Assembly (NCBI GenBank): GCA_963667785.2
Contig: CAXXMU010000002.1
Span: 1 to 64,000 of the forward strand
From: Alphaproteobacteria bacterium
Lineage (GTDB): Bacteria > Pseudomonadota > Alphaproteobacteria > UBA828
Direction of reading: 5' to 3'
Length of the DNA stretch: 64,000 nucleotides
Part shown: positions 29,631 through 39,828 of the stretch, piece after piece
Position numbering within the stretch: the stretch's first letter is position 1
Layout: each line of letters begins with the position of its first letter
Program-made: the position numbers and the translations under genes
The notes under the pieces: generated by a model
Seen by the model: only the letters and a program-made list of their open reading frames with translations
Told to the model about the DNA's origin: nothing
The model's database searches: none

Positions 29631-29867
29631 CTAGAGCACTTTTCGTTTAGCCACGATCGCAGCGAGTTGTCGCTGGTGCCCACTCCTCGTGCGGTGCCAC
29701 CCAAGCTTGCCCCCACCTCACCCCGGCCCTCTCCGCCCCCAAGGGCGGAGAGGGAGTAACGGGCGCGGCCGCCTGCGTTCCCCCTCCGCCTTTGGGGGAG
29801 GGGGACAGGGGGAGGTGGGAGTCGTCTTCAAGCCGTGGTGACCTCGCATGGTCGGATAATGCTCTAG
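29631..29867. repeat. REP/MITE-like composite palindromic element, copy 1
   Basis: CTAGAGCA...TGCTCTAG ends enclose CCCCGGCCCTCTCC..GGAGAGGG and GGGGGACAGGGGGAGGTGGGA hairpins. Confidence 0.7.
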
Positions 29868-29887
29868 GTTCGGGAGGAGTCGGGCCG

Positions 29888-30712
29888 CTACTTCTTCATC
29901 TTGGCGAGGATGGTCTCGACGCGCTCCAGCGCCGCGCGGGCGTTCGCCGCCTCCTCGCGGACGGTTCTGAGCGTCTGTTCGTCCTCGCTCTCGTCGCCCT
30001 TGACCGGCCTCACCTCGAGGCGCGCGTCGTGCAGGTTGTTGATCACGACGGCGATCACCAGGTTGATCATGATCACCGCCGCCAGCATCACGAAGCTGAC
30101 GAAGAAGAGCCAGGCCATGGAGTGGAGCTCCATGGCGACGTACATGATGTCCGTCCAGTCCTCGAGCGTCATCACCCGGAAGAGCGAGAGCAGCGCGATG
30201 CCGAGGTTGCGCCAGTGGGTCGGGTCGTGGTCGCGGAAGAGGTGCACGCCCGCGATCGCGTAGACGTAGAAGACGGCGGACAGCAGCAGTCCCACGTTCG
30301 CGAGGCCGGGGAGCGAGCGGATCAGCGTGGAGACGATGATGCGGAGCTGGGGCACCACCGTCACCACCCGCAGCACCCGCAGCAGGCGCGCAAGCCGCGC
30401 AATGAGGGCAAACTCGCCTGCTTCCGGCAGGAGCGCGAGCACCAGGATGGCGAAGTCGAAGAGGTTCCAGCCGTCCTTGAAGTAGCGCTCGAAGCGGGGC
30501 GAGACCGCGGTGAGCTTGATCGCGGCCTCGATCACGAAGACGCCGAGCGCCACGTGGTAGGCCCATTGGATGGCGTTGCCATAGCTTGCGTGGATTGCCT
30601 GGCTGGTCTCCAGCCCGAGGCCGAGCGCGGTGATCAGAATCATCGCGATGACCAGACCGTTGAACGCCGGCGCCGCCACTATGCGCGCGCACAACCGCCT
30701 CAGTTCGTTCAT
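29888..30712 (-). CDS. Prokaryotic voltage-gated cation channel (BacNav-like ion transporter)
   Basis: YFKDGWNLFDF, S4 RLARLLRVLR, filter TLEDWTD, S6 INLVIAVVIN, C-terminal coiled coil. Confidence 0.9.
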   Translation of the reverse strand: MNELRRLCARIVAAPAFNGLVIAMILITALGLGLETSQAIHASYGNAIQWAYHVALGVFVIEAAIKLTAVSPRFERYFKDGWNLFDFAILVLALLPEAGEFALIARLARLLRVLRVVTVVPQLRIIVSTLIRSLPGLANVGLLLSAVFYVYAIAGVHLFRDHDPTHWRNLGIALLSLFRVMTLEDWTDIMYVAMELHSMAWLFFVSFVMLAAVIMINLVIAVVINNLHDARLEVRPVKGDESEDEQTLRTVREEAANARAALERVETILAKMKK

Positions 30713-30871
30713 GTGAGAGCGCTCCCGTGATCGCTGCCTGCCGGGCGTGCCAGCCGCCGGCGGAGGCCGGGTGCGTAGCACCGGGCGCAAGTATTATGCG
30801 GTCCGTTGTCGCGTCAACGGGCAGCGTGGGGCCGTCTGGTATCCTATGGTTCGGGGGCAGGGAGACGCCGC

Positions 30872-32482
30872 ATGCCGAAGGCCGACGCGCTGGAAGGCCG
30901 GTACGACTACATCGTCGTGGGCGCGGGCACGGCCGGCTGCGTGCTGGCGAACCGCCTCAGCGAGGATCGCCGCACCCGCGTGCTCCTGCTGGAGGCGGGC
31001 AAGAGCGACGCCTACCGCTGGGTCCGCATCCCGGTGGGCTATCTCTACTGCATCGGCAACCCGCGCACCGACTGGATGATGAAGACGGCGCCCGAGCCGG
31101 GGCTCAACGGGCGCAGCCTCGTCTACCCGCGCGGCAAGGTGCTGGGCGGGTGTTCGTCGGTCAACGGCATGATCTACATGCGGGGCCAGGCGGCGGACTA
31201 CGACCACTGGCGCCAGCTCGGCAACCTCGGCTGGGGCTGGGACGACGTGCTGCCCTACTTCCTGAAGTCCGAGGATCATCACGCCGGCCCGAGCCCGATG
31301 CACGGCAGCGGCGGCGGCTGGAAGGTCACGACGCAGCGGCTGAGCTGGGAGATCCTCGAGGCCGTGCAGGAAGGCGCTGCGGAGTTCGGCATCCAGCCCC
31401 GCGCCGACTTCAACGACGGCGACAACGAGGGCTCGGGCTTCTTCGAGGTCAACCAGGAGCGCGGCGTGCGCTGGAACACGGCGAGCGGCTTCCTCAGGCC
31501 GGCGCTGAAGCGCCCCAACCTGCGCCTCGAGCTGGAGGCCGAGACCGAGCGGCTGATCCTGGAGGGCCGCAGGGTGCGCGGCCTCGTCTACCGCCAGGGA
31601 GGTGCTAGGCGCGAGGCGTTCGCCGATGCCGAGATCCTGCTCGCCGCAGGCGCCATCAACTCGCCCAAGATCCTCGAGCTCTCGGGCATCGGCCAGCCCG
31701 AGCGGCTAGCCGGGCTCGGCATCGAGGCGGCGTACGCGAGTCCGGGCGTCGGCGAGAACCTGATGGACCACCTGCAGATCCGCACCGTCTTCGGCGTCAG
31801 CGGCGCGAAGACCCTGAACACGCTTGCGAACAGTCCCTGGGGTAAGCTCGCCATCGTCCTCGAATACGCGCTGAAGCGGAGCGGGCCGATGTCCATGGCG
31901 CCGAGCCAGTTCGGCATGTTCACGAAGTCCGATCCCGCGCTCGCCACGCCCGACCTGGAGTATCACGTCCAGCCGCTCTCCACCGACCGGCTGGGCGACC
32001 CGCTCCATCCCTACCCCGCCATCACCATGTCGGTGTGCAACCTGCGGCCCGAGAGCCGCGGGAGCAGCCACGTGACCACCGCCGATCTCGATGCGCAGCC
32101 CGAGATCAGGCCGAACTACCTGTCGGCCGCCCACGACCGCCGCATCGCGGTCCTCTCCGTCCACCAGGTGCGCAGGATCATGACGGCGCAGGCTCTGAAG
32201 CCCTACGCGCCCGAGGAGCTGCTGCCCGGGCCCGAGGTCGAGTCCGACGAGGACCTGGTGAGGGAGGTGGGCAACATCGCGACCACGATCTTCCACCCGG
32301 TGGGCACCTGCAGGATGGGGCAGGACGCGGACGCCGTGGTGGACGACGCGCTCAGGGTGCGCGGGCTCGGTGGGCTGCGCGTGGTGGACGCCTCGATCAT
32401 GCCGCGCATCACCTCGGGCAACACGGCCTCGCCCGTCATCATGATCGCGGAGAAGGCCGCCGACCTGATCCGGGCCGGGTGA
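30872..32482 (+). CDS. GMC oxidoreductase (choline dehydrogenase-like)
   Basis: [42 protein letters not shown]. Confidence 0.92.
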   Translation: MPKADALEGRYDYIVVGAGTAGCVLANRLSEDRRTRVLLLEAGKSDAYRWVRIPVGYLYCIGNPRTDWMMKTAPEPGLNGRSLVYPRGKVLGGCSSVNGMIYMRGQAADYDHWRQLGNLGWGWDDVLPYFLKSEDHHAGPSPMHGSGGGWKVTTQRLSWEILEAVQEGAAEFGIQPRADFNDGDNEGSGFFEVNQERGVRWNTASGFLRPALKRPNLRLELEAETERLILEGRRVRGLVYRQGGARREAFADAEILLAAGAINSPKILELSGIGQPERLAGLGIEAAYASPGVGENLMDHLQIRTVFGVSGAKTLNTLANSPWGKLAIVLEYALKRSGPMSMAPSQFGMFTKSDPALATPDLEYHVQPLSTDRLGDPLHPYPAITMSVCNLRPESRGSSHVTTADLDAQPEIRPNYLSAAHDRRIAVLSVHQVRRIMTAQALKPYAPEELLPGPEVESDEDLVREVGNIATTIFHPVGTCRMGQDADAVVDDALRVRGLGGLRVVDASIMPRITSGNTASPVIMIAEKAADLIRAG

Positions 32483-32574
32483 CGCAAGATACGCGGCCTT
32501 GCGCGTTCTCGGGCGGCCGGGGACAATCGCCTGTGCCCGTGCGGCGATGAATCCACGACGACGACGACCGTCCC

Positions 32575-33573
32575 ATGAGCGACCAGTCCGACCTCTCCAA
32601 GCCGCTGAAGACCTGGAGCCACCTCGCCGGCAAGCGGCGCAGGCCCAGCGAGTACGAGATCGTCTCGACCAACCTGCTCTGGAGCACGGACGATCCGATG
32701 CCGTGGGCGCTCTCGCCCGACATCGACATGAACAAGTGGTACCTCCGGTACCGCAACAACTCGCCGCTCAGGCACGACGACTGGGACGCCTTCCGCGATC
32801 CCGACGAGGTGGTCTACCGCTCCTACAACGTCATGCAGGACGGGAACGAGACCTATGTCGACGGCCTGCTGCGCGATCACGCGAAGAACGACCACGACGC
32901 CGGCCTGGGTGCCGACTGGGTGGCGGCGCTGGCCAGGCTCTACACGCCCACGCGCTACCCCCTCCACTGCCTGCAGATGGGCTCCGCCTATCTGGTGCAG
33001 ATCGTGCCGTCGAGCACGATCGAGAACTGCGCCATGTTCCAGGCGGCCGACCAGCTCCGCTGGGTCTCGCGCGTCGCCTACCGCACGCGCGAGCTCGCCA
33101 ACGGCCACGGGGACGCCGGCTTCGTCAGCGGCGAGCGCGCGGCCTGGGAGGAGGACGCCTGCTGGCAGGGATTCCGCGAGCTGCTGGAGCGTGTGCTCGC
33201 GGCCTACGACTGGGCCGAGCACTTCACGGCGCTGAACGTCGTGGCCAAGCCCGCCTTCGACGAGGCGTGCATCCGCCAGCTCGGGCGATCGGCGCGACGC
33301 AATCGGGACACGCTGCTGGCCCAGATGCTCGATGCGCAGTGGTCCGACAGCGAGCGCTCCAGGCGCTGGAGCGCCGCGCTGGTCGAGTTCGCGCGCGAGA
33401 GCGGGGCAGAGGGCAACGCCGCCCTGATGGCGGACTGGGTCGCCAGGTGGGCGCCCCTCGGCGACGCTGCCATCGAGGCCTACTGCGCCGTGCTGCCCGA
33501 CAACCCGGACGCGGCCGACGAGGCGAAGGGAGCCGCCCGCGCCTTCCGCGCCTCGCTCGGATTCGCGGCCTGA
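32575..33573 (+). CDS. Soluble diiron monooxygenase hydroxylase beta subunit (TmoE/TouE/IsoE-like)
   Basis: KPLKTWSHLAGKRRRPSEYEIVS, WDAFRDPD..VYRSY, AYRTREL, WQGFREL.E. Confidence 0.85.
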   Translation: MSDQSDLSKPLKTWSHLAGKRRRPSEYEIVSTNLLWSTDDPMPWALSPDIDMNKWYLRYRNNSPLRHDDWDAFRDPDEVVYRSYNVMQDGNETYVDGLLRDHAKNDHDAGLGADWVAALARLYTPTRYPLHCLQMGSAYLVQIVPSSTIENCAMFQAADQLRWVSRVAYRTRELANGHGDAGFVSGERAAWEEDACWQGFRELLERVLAAYDWAEHFTALNVVAKPAFDEACIRQLGRSARRNRDTLLAQMLDAQWSDSERSRRWSAALVEFARESGAEGNAALMADWVARWAPLGDAAIEAYCAVLPDNPDAADEAKGAARAFRASLGFAA

Positions 33574-33610
33574 GGCGCGCCGGCGCCGGCAGCTCTTTCG
33601 GAGGGATGAC

Positions 33611-34810
33611 ATGCGCAAGGTGGTGATCGGCGGGACCGGCATGACCCGGTTCGGCAAGTTCCTGGAGACGAACCTGCGCGCGCTCGCCGCCGAGGCTGCG
33701 GCCGGCGCGCTGGCGGATGCGGACGCGACCGCCGACGAGGTCGGCATGGTCTTCTTCGGCAATGCCGCGGGCGGGCTGCTGGGGGCGCAGGAATGCGTGC
33801 GCGGGCAGGTCGCGCTGCGCCACGCGGGGCTCCTAGGCAAGCCGATCGTCAACGTCGAGAACGCCTGCGCCTCGTCCTCCACCGCCTTCCATCTGGCGGT
33901 GCTCGCGGTCGGCTCCGGGCAGTGCGACGTGGCACTCGCCGTGGGCGCCGAGAAGATGAGCAACGAGGACAGGAGCGTGCCGATCAAGGCGCTGGAGGCG
34001 GCGGCCGATCGCGACGAGTTCGAGGCGTTGAAGGCGCGGATCTCCCCCGGCGGCGCCGGCACGGGCTCGGTCTTCATGGACCTCTACTCGAGCCTCGCCA
34101 GGGACTATGCGGAGCGCACAGGCGCCACGGCCGCCGACTTCGCCCGGGTCTCGGTCAAGCAGCGCCGGGCCGGCGCGCTCAACGAGAAGGCCCAGTTCCA
34201 GGAGGAGGTCAGCATCGACGACGTGCTGGAAAGCCGCATGATCGCGGAGCCGCTGACGCTCATGATGTGCTCGTCCATCGGCGACGGCGCCGCCGCGCTG
34301 GTGCTGATGAGCGAGGAGGTCGCCGCGCGCAAGGCGGTCCACCCGGTGAGGGTGCTGGCGAGCGAGCTGCGCTCCGGCCAGGGCGACGACCCGGAGGCGC
34401 CGCCGGTGGCCGAGGCCGCCGCACGGGCCGCCTACGAGAGCGCCGGCCTCGGGCCGGAGGACTTGAGCGTCGCCGAGATCCACGATGCCGCGGCGCCGGC
34501 CGAGCTGATGCTCTCCGAGCAGCTCGGCTTCTGCCGTCCGGGCGATGCGGTGGGCCTGCTGCGGGACGGCGTGACCGCGTTGGGTGGGCGCATGCCGATC
34601 AACCCGAGCGGCGGCCTCATCAGCAAGGGGCACCCCATCGGCGCGACCGGGGCGGCCCAGCTCGTGGAGCTCGCCGACCAGATGCGCGGCCGCTCGGGCG
34701 CGCGCCAGCGCGACGGCGCTTCCGTGGGCCTCGCCGAGAACGCCGGCGGCTGGATCGGCGCGGATGCGGCCGCCGCCTGCGTCACCATCCTCGGCTCCGC
34801 CCGGCACTGA
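33611..34810 (+). CDS. Thiolase family protein (SCP-x type)
   Basis: GMTRFGK, VENACASSS, AEIHDA, INPSGGLISKGHPIGATG. Confidence 0.9.
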   Translation: MRKVVIGGTGMTRFGKFLETNLRALAAEAAAGALADADATADEVGMVFFGNAAGGLLGAQECVRGQVALRHAGLLGKPIVNVENACASSSTAFHLAVLAVGSGQCDVALAVGAEKMSNEDRSVPIKALEAAADRDEFEALKARISPGGAGTGSVFMDLYSSLARDYAERTGATAADFARVSVKQRRAGALNEKAQFQEEVSIDDVLESRMIAEPLTLMMCSSIGDGAAALVLMSEEVAARKAVHPVRVLASELRSGQGDDPEAPPVAEAAARAAYESAGLGPEDLSVAEIHDAAAPAELMLSEQLGFCRPGDAVGLLRDGVTALGGRMPINPSGGLISKGHPIGATGAAQLVELADQMRGRSGARQRDGASVGLAENAGGWIGADAAAACVTILGSARH

Positions 34811-34922
34811 GCGGCTGGAAGGAACCGGGCGGCAAGCCCGGACGGCGCGACTGCGCCGCGCGGAAACGCGCGCATGAGCGCGCGATGCGCCTGAGGGATA
34901 AGCAAAGAGCAAGGAGGGAGGC

Positions 34923-35705
34923 ATGAGCGAGAGCGCCGTGCTGGTCGAGACCGCGGGTAGCGCGGGGGTCATCACCATCAACCGGCCGGAGCGGCTGAAC
35001 GCGCTCGACCTCCCCACCTGCGCCGCCCTCGACGACGCCGTGAGCCAGGTGGAGGCCGACGAGGCGGTGCGGGTGGTGGTGCTCACCGGCGCGGGCCGCG
35101 CCTTCGTGGCCGGCGGCGATATCGCCGATCTCGATTCGCGCCGGGGCCTCGCCCACTACGAAGAGTTCGCCGAGCGGATTCACCGGCTGTTCCGCCGCAT
35201 CGAGACCCTGGGCAAGCCCACCATCGCGGCCGTCAACGGCTTCGCCCTGGGCGGGGGTGCGGAGCTGATGCTCTCTACCGACATCAGGCTGCTCGCGGCG
35301 ACCGCGAAGATCGGCGTGCCCGAGATCAACCTCGGCCTCTTTCCCGGCGCCGGCGGCAGCCAGCGCCTGATCCGCCAGATTCCCCTCTGCCGCGCCAAGG
35401 AGCTGATGTTCACCGGCGCGCCCATCGGCGCCGACGAGGCGGTGGCGCTCGGGCTCGCCAATCGCGTCGTCGCGCCCGAGAGCCTGATGGACGACGCGCT
35501 GGCGCTCGCCGAGGCGATCGCCGAGAAGTCGCCGCTGGTGCTGCGCCTGCTCAAGCGCACCATCGACGCCGGCGCCGACATGCCGCTCGAGGCGGCGCTC
35601 GCCCACGAGCAGGCCATGATCTCGCTGGTGCTCGACAGCGAGGACGCGCACGAGGGCTGCCGCGCCTTCCTGGAGAAGCGCAAGGCGAGCTTCAGGGGCG
35701 CCTGA
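34923..35705 (+). CDS. Enoyl-CoA hydratase/isomerase
   Basis: INRPERLNAL, AFVAGGDI, GFALGGGAEL, PEINLGLFPGAGG. Confidence 0.92.
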   Translation: MSESAVLVETAGSAGVITINRPERLNALDLPTCAALDDAVSQVEADEAVRVVVLTGAGRAFVAGGDIADLDSRRGLAHYEEFAERIHRLFRRIETLGKPTIAAVNGFALGGGAELMLSTDIRLLAATAKIGVPEINLGLFPGAGGSQRLIRQIPLCRAKELMFTGAPIGADEAVALGLANRVVAPESLMDDALALAEAIAEKSPLVLRLLKRTIDAGADMPLEAALAHEQAMISLVLDSEDAHEGCRAFLEKRKASFRGA

Positions 35706-35708
35706 GCC

Positions 35709-36881
35709 GTGGAGGTCCGGCTCAGCGAAGAGCAGGCGCTGATGCTCGAGACCGCGCGTCGCGTCGGCGCCGACTTCGGGCTCGACTACTGGCGCGATCT
35801 GGACGAGCGGGGCGCCTACCCCGGCGAGATGTGGCAGGCGATCTGCGACGCCGGCTTCGGCGGCATCGCGCTGCCGGAGGAGCACGGCGGCGCCGGGCTC
35901 GGCATGCTCGACCTGGCGCTGGTGATCGAGGCGCTGTGCGAGGCGGGCGCGGGCGCGACGCTCGCCCAGATTTTCATGGTGAACCCCATCTTCGGCGGCG
36001 TCGCCATCGCCCGCTACGGCTCGGAGGCCATGCGCCGCGCCCTGCTGCCGCCGCTGATCGCCGGCGACATCCAGTGCTGCATGGCGCTCACCGAGCCCGA
36101 TGCCGGCACGAATTCTCTGGAACTCCGCACCTTCGCCGAGGCTCACGGCAACGGCTGGCGGCTCAACGGCCGCAAGATCTGGATCTCGGCGGTGCCGACG
36201 GCGGACAAGATGCTGGTCGTCGCCCGCAGCAGGAAGGTCGAGGACTCCGCGCGCCGCACCGACGGCATCTCGCTCTTCCTCATCGACGTCGAGCGCGAGG
36301 GGCTGACCCATTCCACCATCGAGAAGGCCGGCACCCACTGCGTGCCGGCGAGCAACGTCTACTTCGAGAACACGCCGGTCGCGGGCGACGAGCTGATCGG
36401 CACGCTGCACGGCGGCTGGCGGGAGCTGCTGGACGTGCTCAACACCGAGCGCATCGTCACCACCGCCGGCCTCGTCGGCGCGGTGCGGCTCGCGCTGCGG
36501 CTCGCGGTCGACTACGCCAACGAGCGCCGCGTCTTCGGCGAGCGGCCGATCTCGTCGTACCAGGGCCTCCAGTTTCCGCTGGCGCAGGCCAAGGCGGAGA
36601 TCGAGTGCGCCGCGGCCATGAACCTACGGGCCGCCGCGCTCCACGACGCCGGCGAGCCCTACGGCTCGGAGGCCAACATGGCGAAGCTCATCGCCGCCCA
36701 GGCCGCGGCCGAGGGCCTCGAGCGCGCCATGCAGACCATGGGCGGCATGGGCTACGCGAAGGAGATGCACCTCGAGCGCCTCTGGCGGGACGCGCGCCTC
36801 TTCCGCTTCGCGCCGATCTCGGAGGAGATGATCCTCAACTACATCGCCGTGCACGATCTCGGCATGGCGCGGGGGTACTAA
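35709..36881 (+). CDS. Acyl-CoA dehydrogenase
   Basis: ALTEPDAGTN, LNGRKIWIS, LNTER, GGMGYAKE..LERLWRD. Confidence 0.92.
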   Translation: MEVRLSEEQALMLETARRVGADFGLDYWRDLDERGAYPGEMWQAICDAGFGGIALPEEHGGAGLGMLDLALVIEALCEAGAGATLAQIFMVNPIFGGVAIARYGSEAMRRALLPPLIAGDIQCCMALTEPDAGTNSLELRTFAEAHGNGWRLNGRKIWISAVPTADKMLVVARSRKVEDSARRTDGISLFLIDVEREGLTHSTIEKAGTHCVPASNVYFENTPVAGDELIGTLHGGWRELLDVLNTERIVTTAGLVGAVRLALRLAVDYANERRVFGERPISSYQGLQFPLAQAKAEIECAAAMNLRAAALHDAGEPYGSEANMAKLIAAQAAAEGLERAMQTMGGMGYAKEMHLERLWRDARLFRFAPISEEMILNYIAVHDLGMARGY

Positions 36882-36984
36882 GCGGGATAGGAGCGGCGGC
36901 GCGGCGCCGCGGCTGCGCCCTACCGATACTTGGCGAGAAAGGCGCCGCCGTCCGGGCGGTCAATTTGCAGAGCCCTCCCGTGCC

Positions 36985-37279
36985 AGCCCGGATTTCTCGC
37001 CACTGTCACGGCCTGCGTCGCGCCCAGGCGTTCGCTTCACAAGGAGCGAGCCGAAAAGCGTAGCGGGGACTACGGTTGAGGCTCGCGACGCGGTGGGCGG
37101 GCGCCTGGGCGTGACCCAAAGGGCGACGCCCCCCGCCCGACAGGGTGCGTCAAGACGCTTGCCCGATGCCCCACGTCGCGCCGAAGGCGCGCGTACCCGC
37201 GCTACGCGCTGCGCGCCTTTCCTACCCTGTCGGGCGGGGGACGCCGCGCAGACCATGACAGTGGCGAGAATTCCGGGCT
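36985..37279. mobile_element. MITE-like element with ~33-bp terminal inverted repeats
   Basis: AGCCCGGATTTCTCGCCACTGTCACGGCCTGCG pairs with CGCAGACCATGACAGTGGCGAGAATTCCGGGCT (3 mismatches); internal hairpins; non-coding. Confidence 0.75.
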
Positions 37280-37331
37280 AGTCTCCCGCGCCCGGCGCGG
37301 GCAGGGAGCGCAAACCGAGGACGGGGCGGAG

Positions 37332-38531
37332 ATGACGCAGCGGGGGAGCGGGCGGCTGGGCGCCGCCGACGTCGTGGTGGTCGGCGCGGGCATCATGGGG
37401 GCGAGCATCGCCTATCAGCTCGCCCGAAAATCCGACCGCAGGGTCGTGGTGATCGACGAGCGGCCGCCCGTCGGCGGCATGTCGGGGCGCACCTTCGGCC
37501 AGATCCGCCAGCACTACTCCAACGCGCTGATGGTCGAGATGGCGATCCGGGGCTTCGAGGTGCTGAACGACTGGGAGGCGGAGGTCGGCGTCGGCGATCC
37601 CGGCTACGTGAAGCTCGGCTACCTGCTGCTGGTGGTCGAGGCGCAGGTGGAGGCCTGCAAGCGCAACGTCGACCTCGGCCGCCAGCTCGGCGTCGACACG
37701 CGCTTCGCCAGCCCCGACGAGATCAAGGCCATCGAGCCCGCGCTCGTCACCGACGACCTCGCCGGCGGCGCCTGGGAGCCGAACGGCGGCTACATCGACG
37801 TGACGCGCATGGTGCTGAGCTGGCTGGGCGCAGCACAGGCGGCGGGCGCCGTGCTCCATTCCGGGCTCCGGGTGGAGGGGATCGCCACGAAGGACGGCCG
37901 GGTCGCCGGCGTCGATACCGCCGCGGGCCGCATCGAGGCGCCGGTGGTGGTGGCCGCCGCCGGCGCCTGGACCGGCGACCTGCTCGGCCCGCTCGGGATC
38001 GAGGCGCCGATCGAGGGGCGCCGCCTCGACATGGCCTATCTCGAGCAGCCGCCGGGCCGGCCCACGATCCGCACCTGCATCACCGACGGCAACTCCAACG
38101 TCGTGATGCGGCCCGACATGGGGCCCTACCTGCTGGCCGTCGCCTATCCCAACGAGATGCCCGAGGTGGCCGACCCCGCCGCGCCCGCGCCGGCGGAAGA
38201 CGAGGCGCTGCACCGGACCCGCCTCGACAGGGCGCTCGCCGAGCGGCTGCCGGACTTCGTCGATGCCAAGGTCGTGCGCACGGTCTCGGGCGCCTACGAC
38301 ATCACGCCCGACTTCCATCCCATCCTCGGCTGGGCGCCGGGGCTGGAGGGGCTCTATCTCGCCGCCGGCTTCTCCGGCCACGGGCTGAAGCTCTCGCCGG
38401 CGGTCGGCGAATGCGTCGCCGCCGCGGTGCTGGAGGCCGAGCCGCCCTTCGACATCCGCCCGCTCAGGCCCACGCGCTTCGCCGAGGGCGAGCCCATGTA
38501 CCTCGCCTACGGGCCGTCGGCGCGCGCCTGA
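37332..38531 (+). CDS. FAD-dependent oxidoreductase (DAO/sarcosine oxidase beta-like)
   Basis: GAGIMG, YDITPDFHPILG, GFSGHGLK. Confidence 0.88.
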   Translation: MTQRGSGRLGAADVVVVGAGIMGASIAYQLARKSDRRVVVIDERPPVGGMSGRTFGQIRQHYSNALMVEMAIRGFEVLNDWEAEVGVGDPGYVKLGYLLLVVEAQVEACKRNVDLGRQLGVDTRFASPDEIKAIEPALVTDDLAGGAWEPNGGYIDVTRMVLSWLGAAQAAGAVLHSGLRVEGIATKDGRVAGVDTAAGRIEAPVVVAAAGAWTGDLLGPLGIEAPIEGRRLDMAYLEQPPGRPTIRTCITDGNSNVVMRPDMGPYLLAVAYPNEMPEVADPAAPAPAEDEALHRTRLDRALAERLPDFVDAKVVRTVSGAYDITPDFHPILGWAPGLEGLYLAAGFSGHGLKLSPAVGECVAAAVLEAEPPFDIRPLRPTRFAEGEPMYLAYGPSARA

Positions 38532-38570
38532 GCGCGCCGGGTCATCGGCCGGGAAGGGGGGAGGCGGTGC

Positions 38571-38943
38571 CTACGGGTCGCGGCTGAGCCCGCGCTCCTC
38601 CAGCGCGTCGAGGTAGGTGCGCCAGATGGTGTCGCGGTTCTCCGCCAGGTGGCGAAGATAGGTCCAGGTATAGATGCCGGTGGTGTGCAGGTCGTCGAAG
38701 TGCAGGCGCACCGCGTAGTTGCCCACGGGCTCGATGAGGGTGATGCCGACATGACGTCGGCCGGGAACGATGGTCTTGCCCTCGCCGTGGCCTCTCACCT
38801 CGGCGGACGGGCTCTCGACCCTGCAGCAGCTCGGCCGGGAGGCTGCACTTGAGGTCGTCGTCGAAATCGATCTCGAGGGTCTTCTCCGCGCTCAGGTAGC
38901 GGAGCTCGACCGGCCAGGCGCCGGTCTCGAACGGCGCGCTCAC
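38571..38943 (-). CDS. DUF971 family protein (frameshift near 38822)
   Basis: WPVELRY...LPAELL|[12 protein letters not shown]...[23 protein letters not shown] across two frames. Confidence 0.85.
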
Positions 38944-39140
38944 CGGGTCTCGTCCTCCTCCAGCGCCCGCGCCTCGTCGGGCAGCATGATGGGGATGCCG
39001 TCGCGGATGGGGAAGGCGAGCCGCGCCCGGTCGCTGATCAGCTCCTGCCGCTCGGCATCGTAGCGGAGCGATTCCTTGGTGATCGGGCAGACGAGGATCT
39101 CCAGCAGCTTGCGGTCGACCGTGGCCGGCTCGTCCGTCAT
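38940..39140 (-). CDS. Trm112-like (YcaR) protein
   Basis: [18 protein letters not shown]...[18 protein letters not shown]. Confidence 0.92.
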   Translation of the reverse strand: MTDEPATVDRKLLEILVCPITKESLRYDAERQELISDRARLAFPIRDGIPIMLPDEARALEEDETR

Positions 39141-39154
39141 CGGCGCGCCCTCCC

Positions 39155-39820
39155 TCACTGCATCCGCTGCTGCGGCCCGGCCGGATCGTGAGCCGCCATC
39201 TCGAACAGCGCCTGCATCATGGCCACCCGCTCGCCCTCGCCCTCGCATTCGAGCAGCGCCTGCTTCTCGCTCGGCTCGAAGGGGCAGGCCATGGCGAGGC
39301 AGACGGCGAGCGCGTCGTCGTCGGCCCGTTCGATCGCGTCCCAGTCGGCGGTGAGGTTCTGGCGCTCGAAATAGGACCTGAGCGCGGGCAGCAGGCGCTC
39401 GCGGTCGATGGCGAGCGGCGGCGGCTCCGGCAGGTCGCCGGCGAAACGGCCGTAGTCGGCGTAGACGCGCCGGTAGAGCAGGCCGTCCATCTCCAGCTCG
39501 CGCGCGATGGCGAAGCGGCAGACGCCCGTGAGCGTGATCAGGAAGCGGTTGTCCGGCGTCTCGGAGTAGGACGTGATGCGGCCGACGCAGCCGACGGGAT
39601 AGACCTCGGGTGCATCGAGCCTGGCCTCGGGATCGGCCGGCTGGATCATGCCGATCATCCGGTGCGAAGCCATCGCGTCCTGGGTCATCTGCAGGTAACG
39701 GGGCTCGAAGATGTTGAGCGGCAGCCGCCCGCGCGGCAGCAGCATCACGCCGGGCAGCGGGAAGATCGGGATGACGCGCGGCAGATCGTCGATGCCGTTC
39801 GTCTCGTCGCCGGCGCTCAC
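39155..39820 (-). CDS. LON substrate-binding domain protein
   Basis: [34 protein letters not shown]. Confidence 0.9.
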   Translation of the reverse strand: MSAGDETNGIDDLPRVIPIFPLPGVMLLPRGRLPLNIFEPRYLQMTQDAMASHRMIGMIQPADPEARLDAPEVYPVGCVGRITSYSETPDNRFLITLTGVCRFAIARELEMDGLLYRRVYADYGRFAGDLPEPPPLAIDRERLLPALRSYFERQNLTADWDAIERADDDALAVCLAMACPFEPSEKQALLECEGEGERVAMMQALFEMAAHDPAGPQQRMQ

Positions 39821-39828
39821 GGCGTCCC

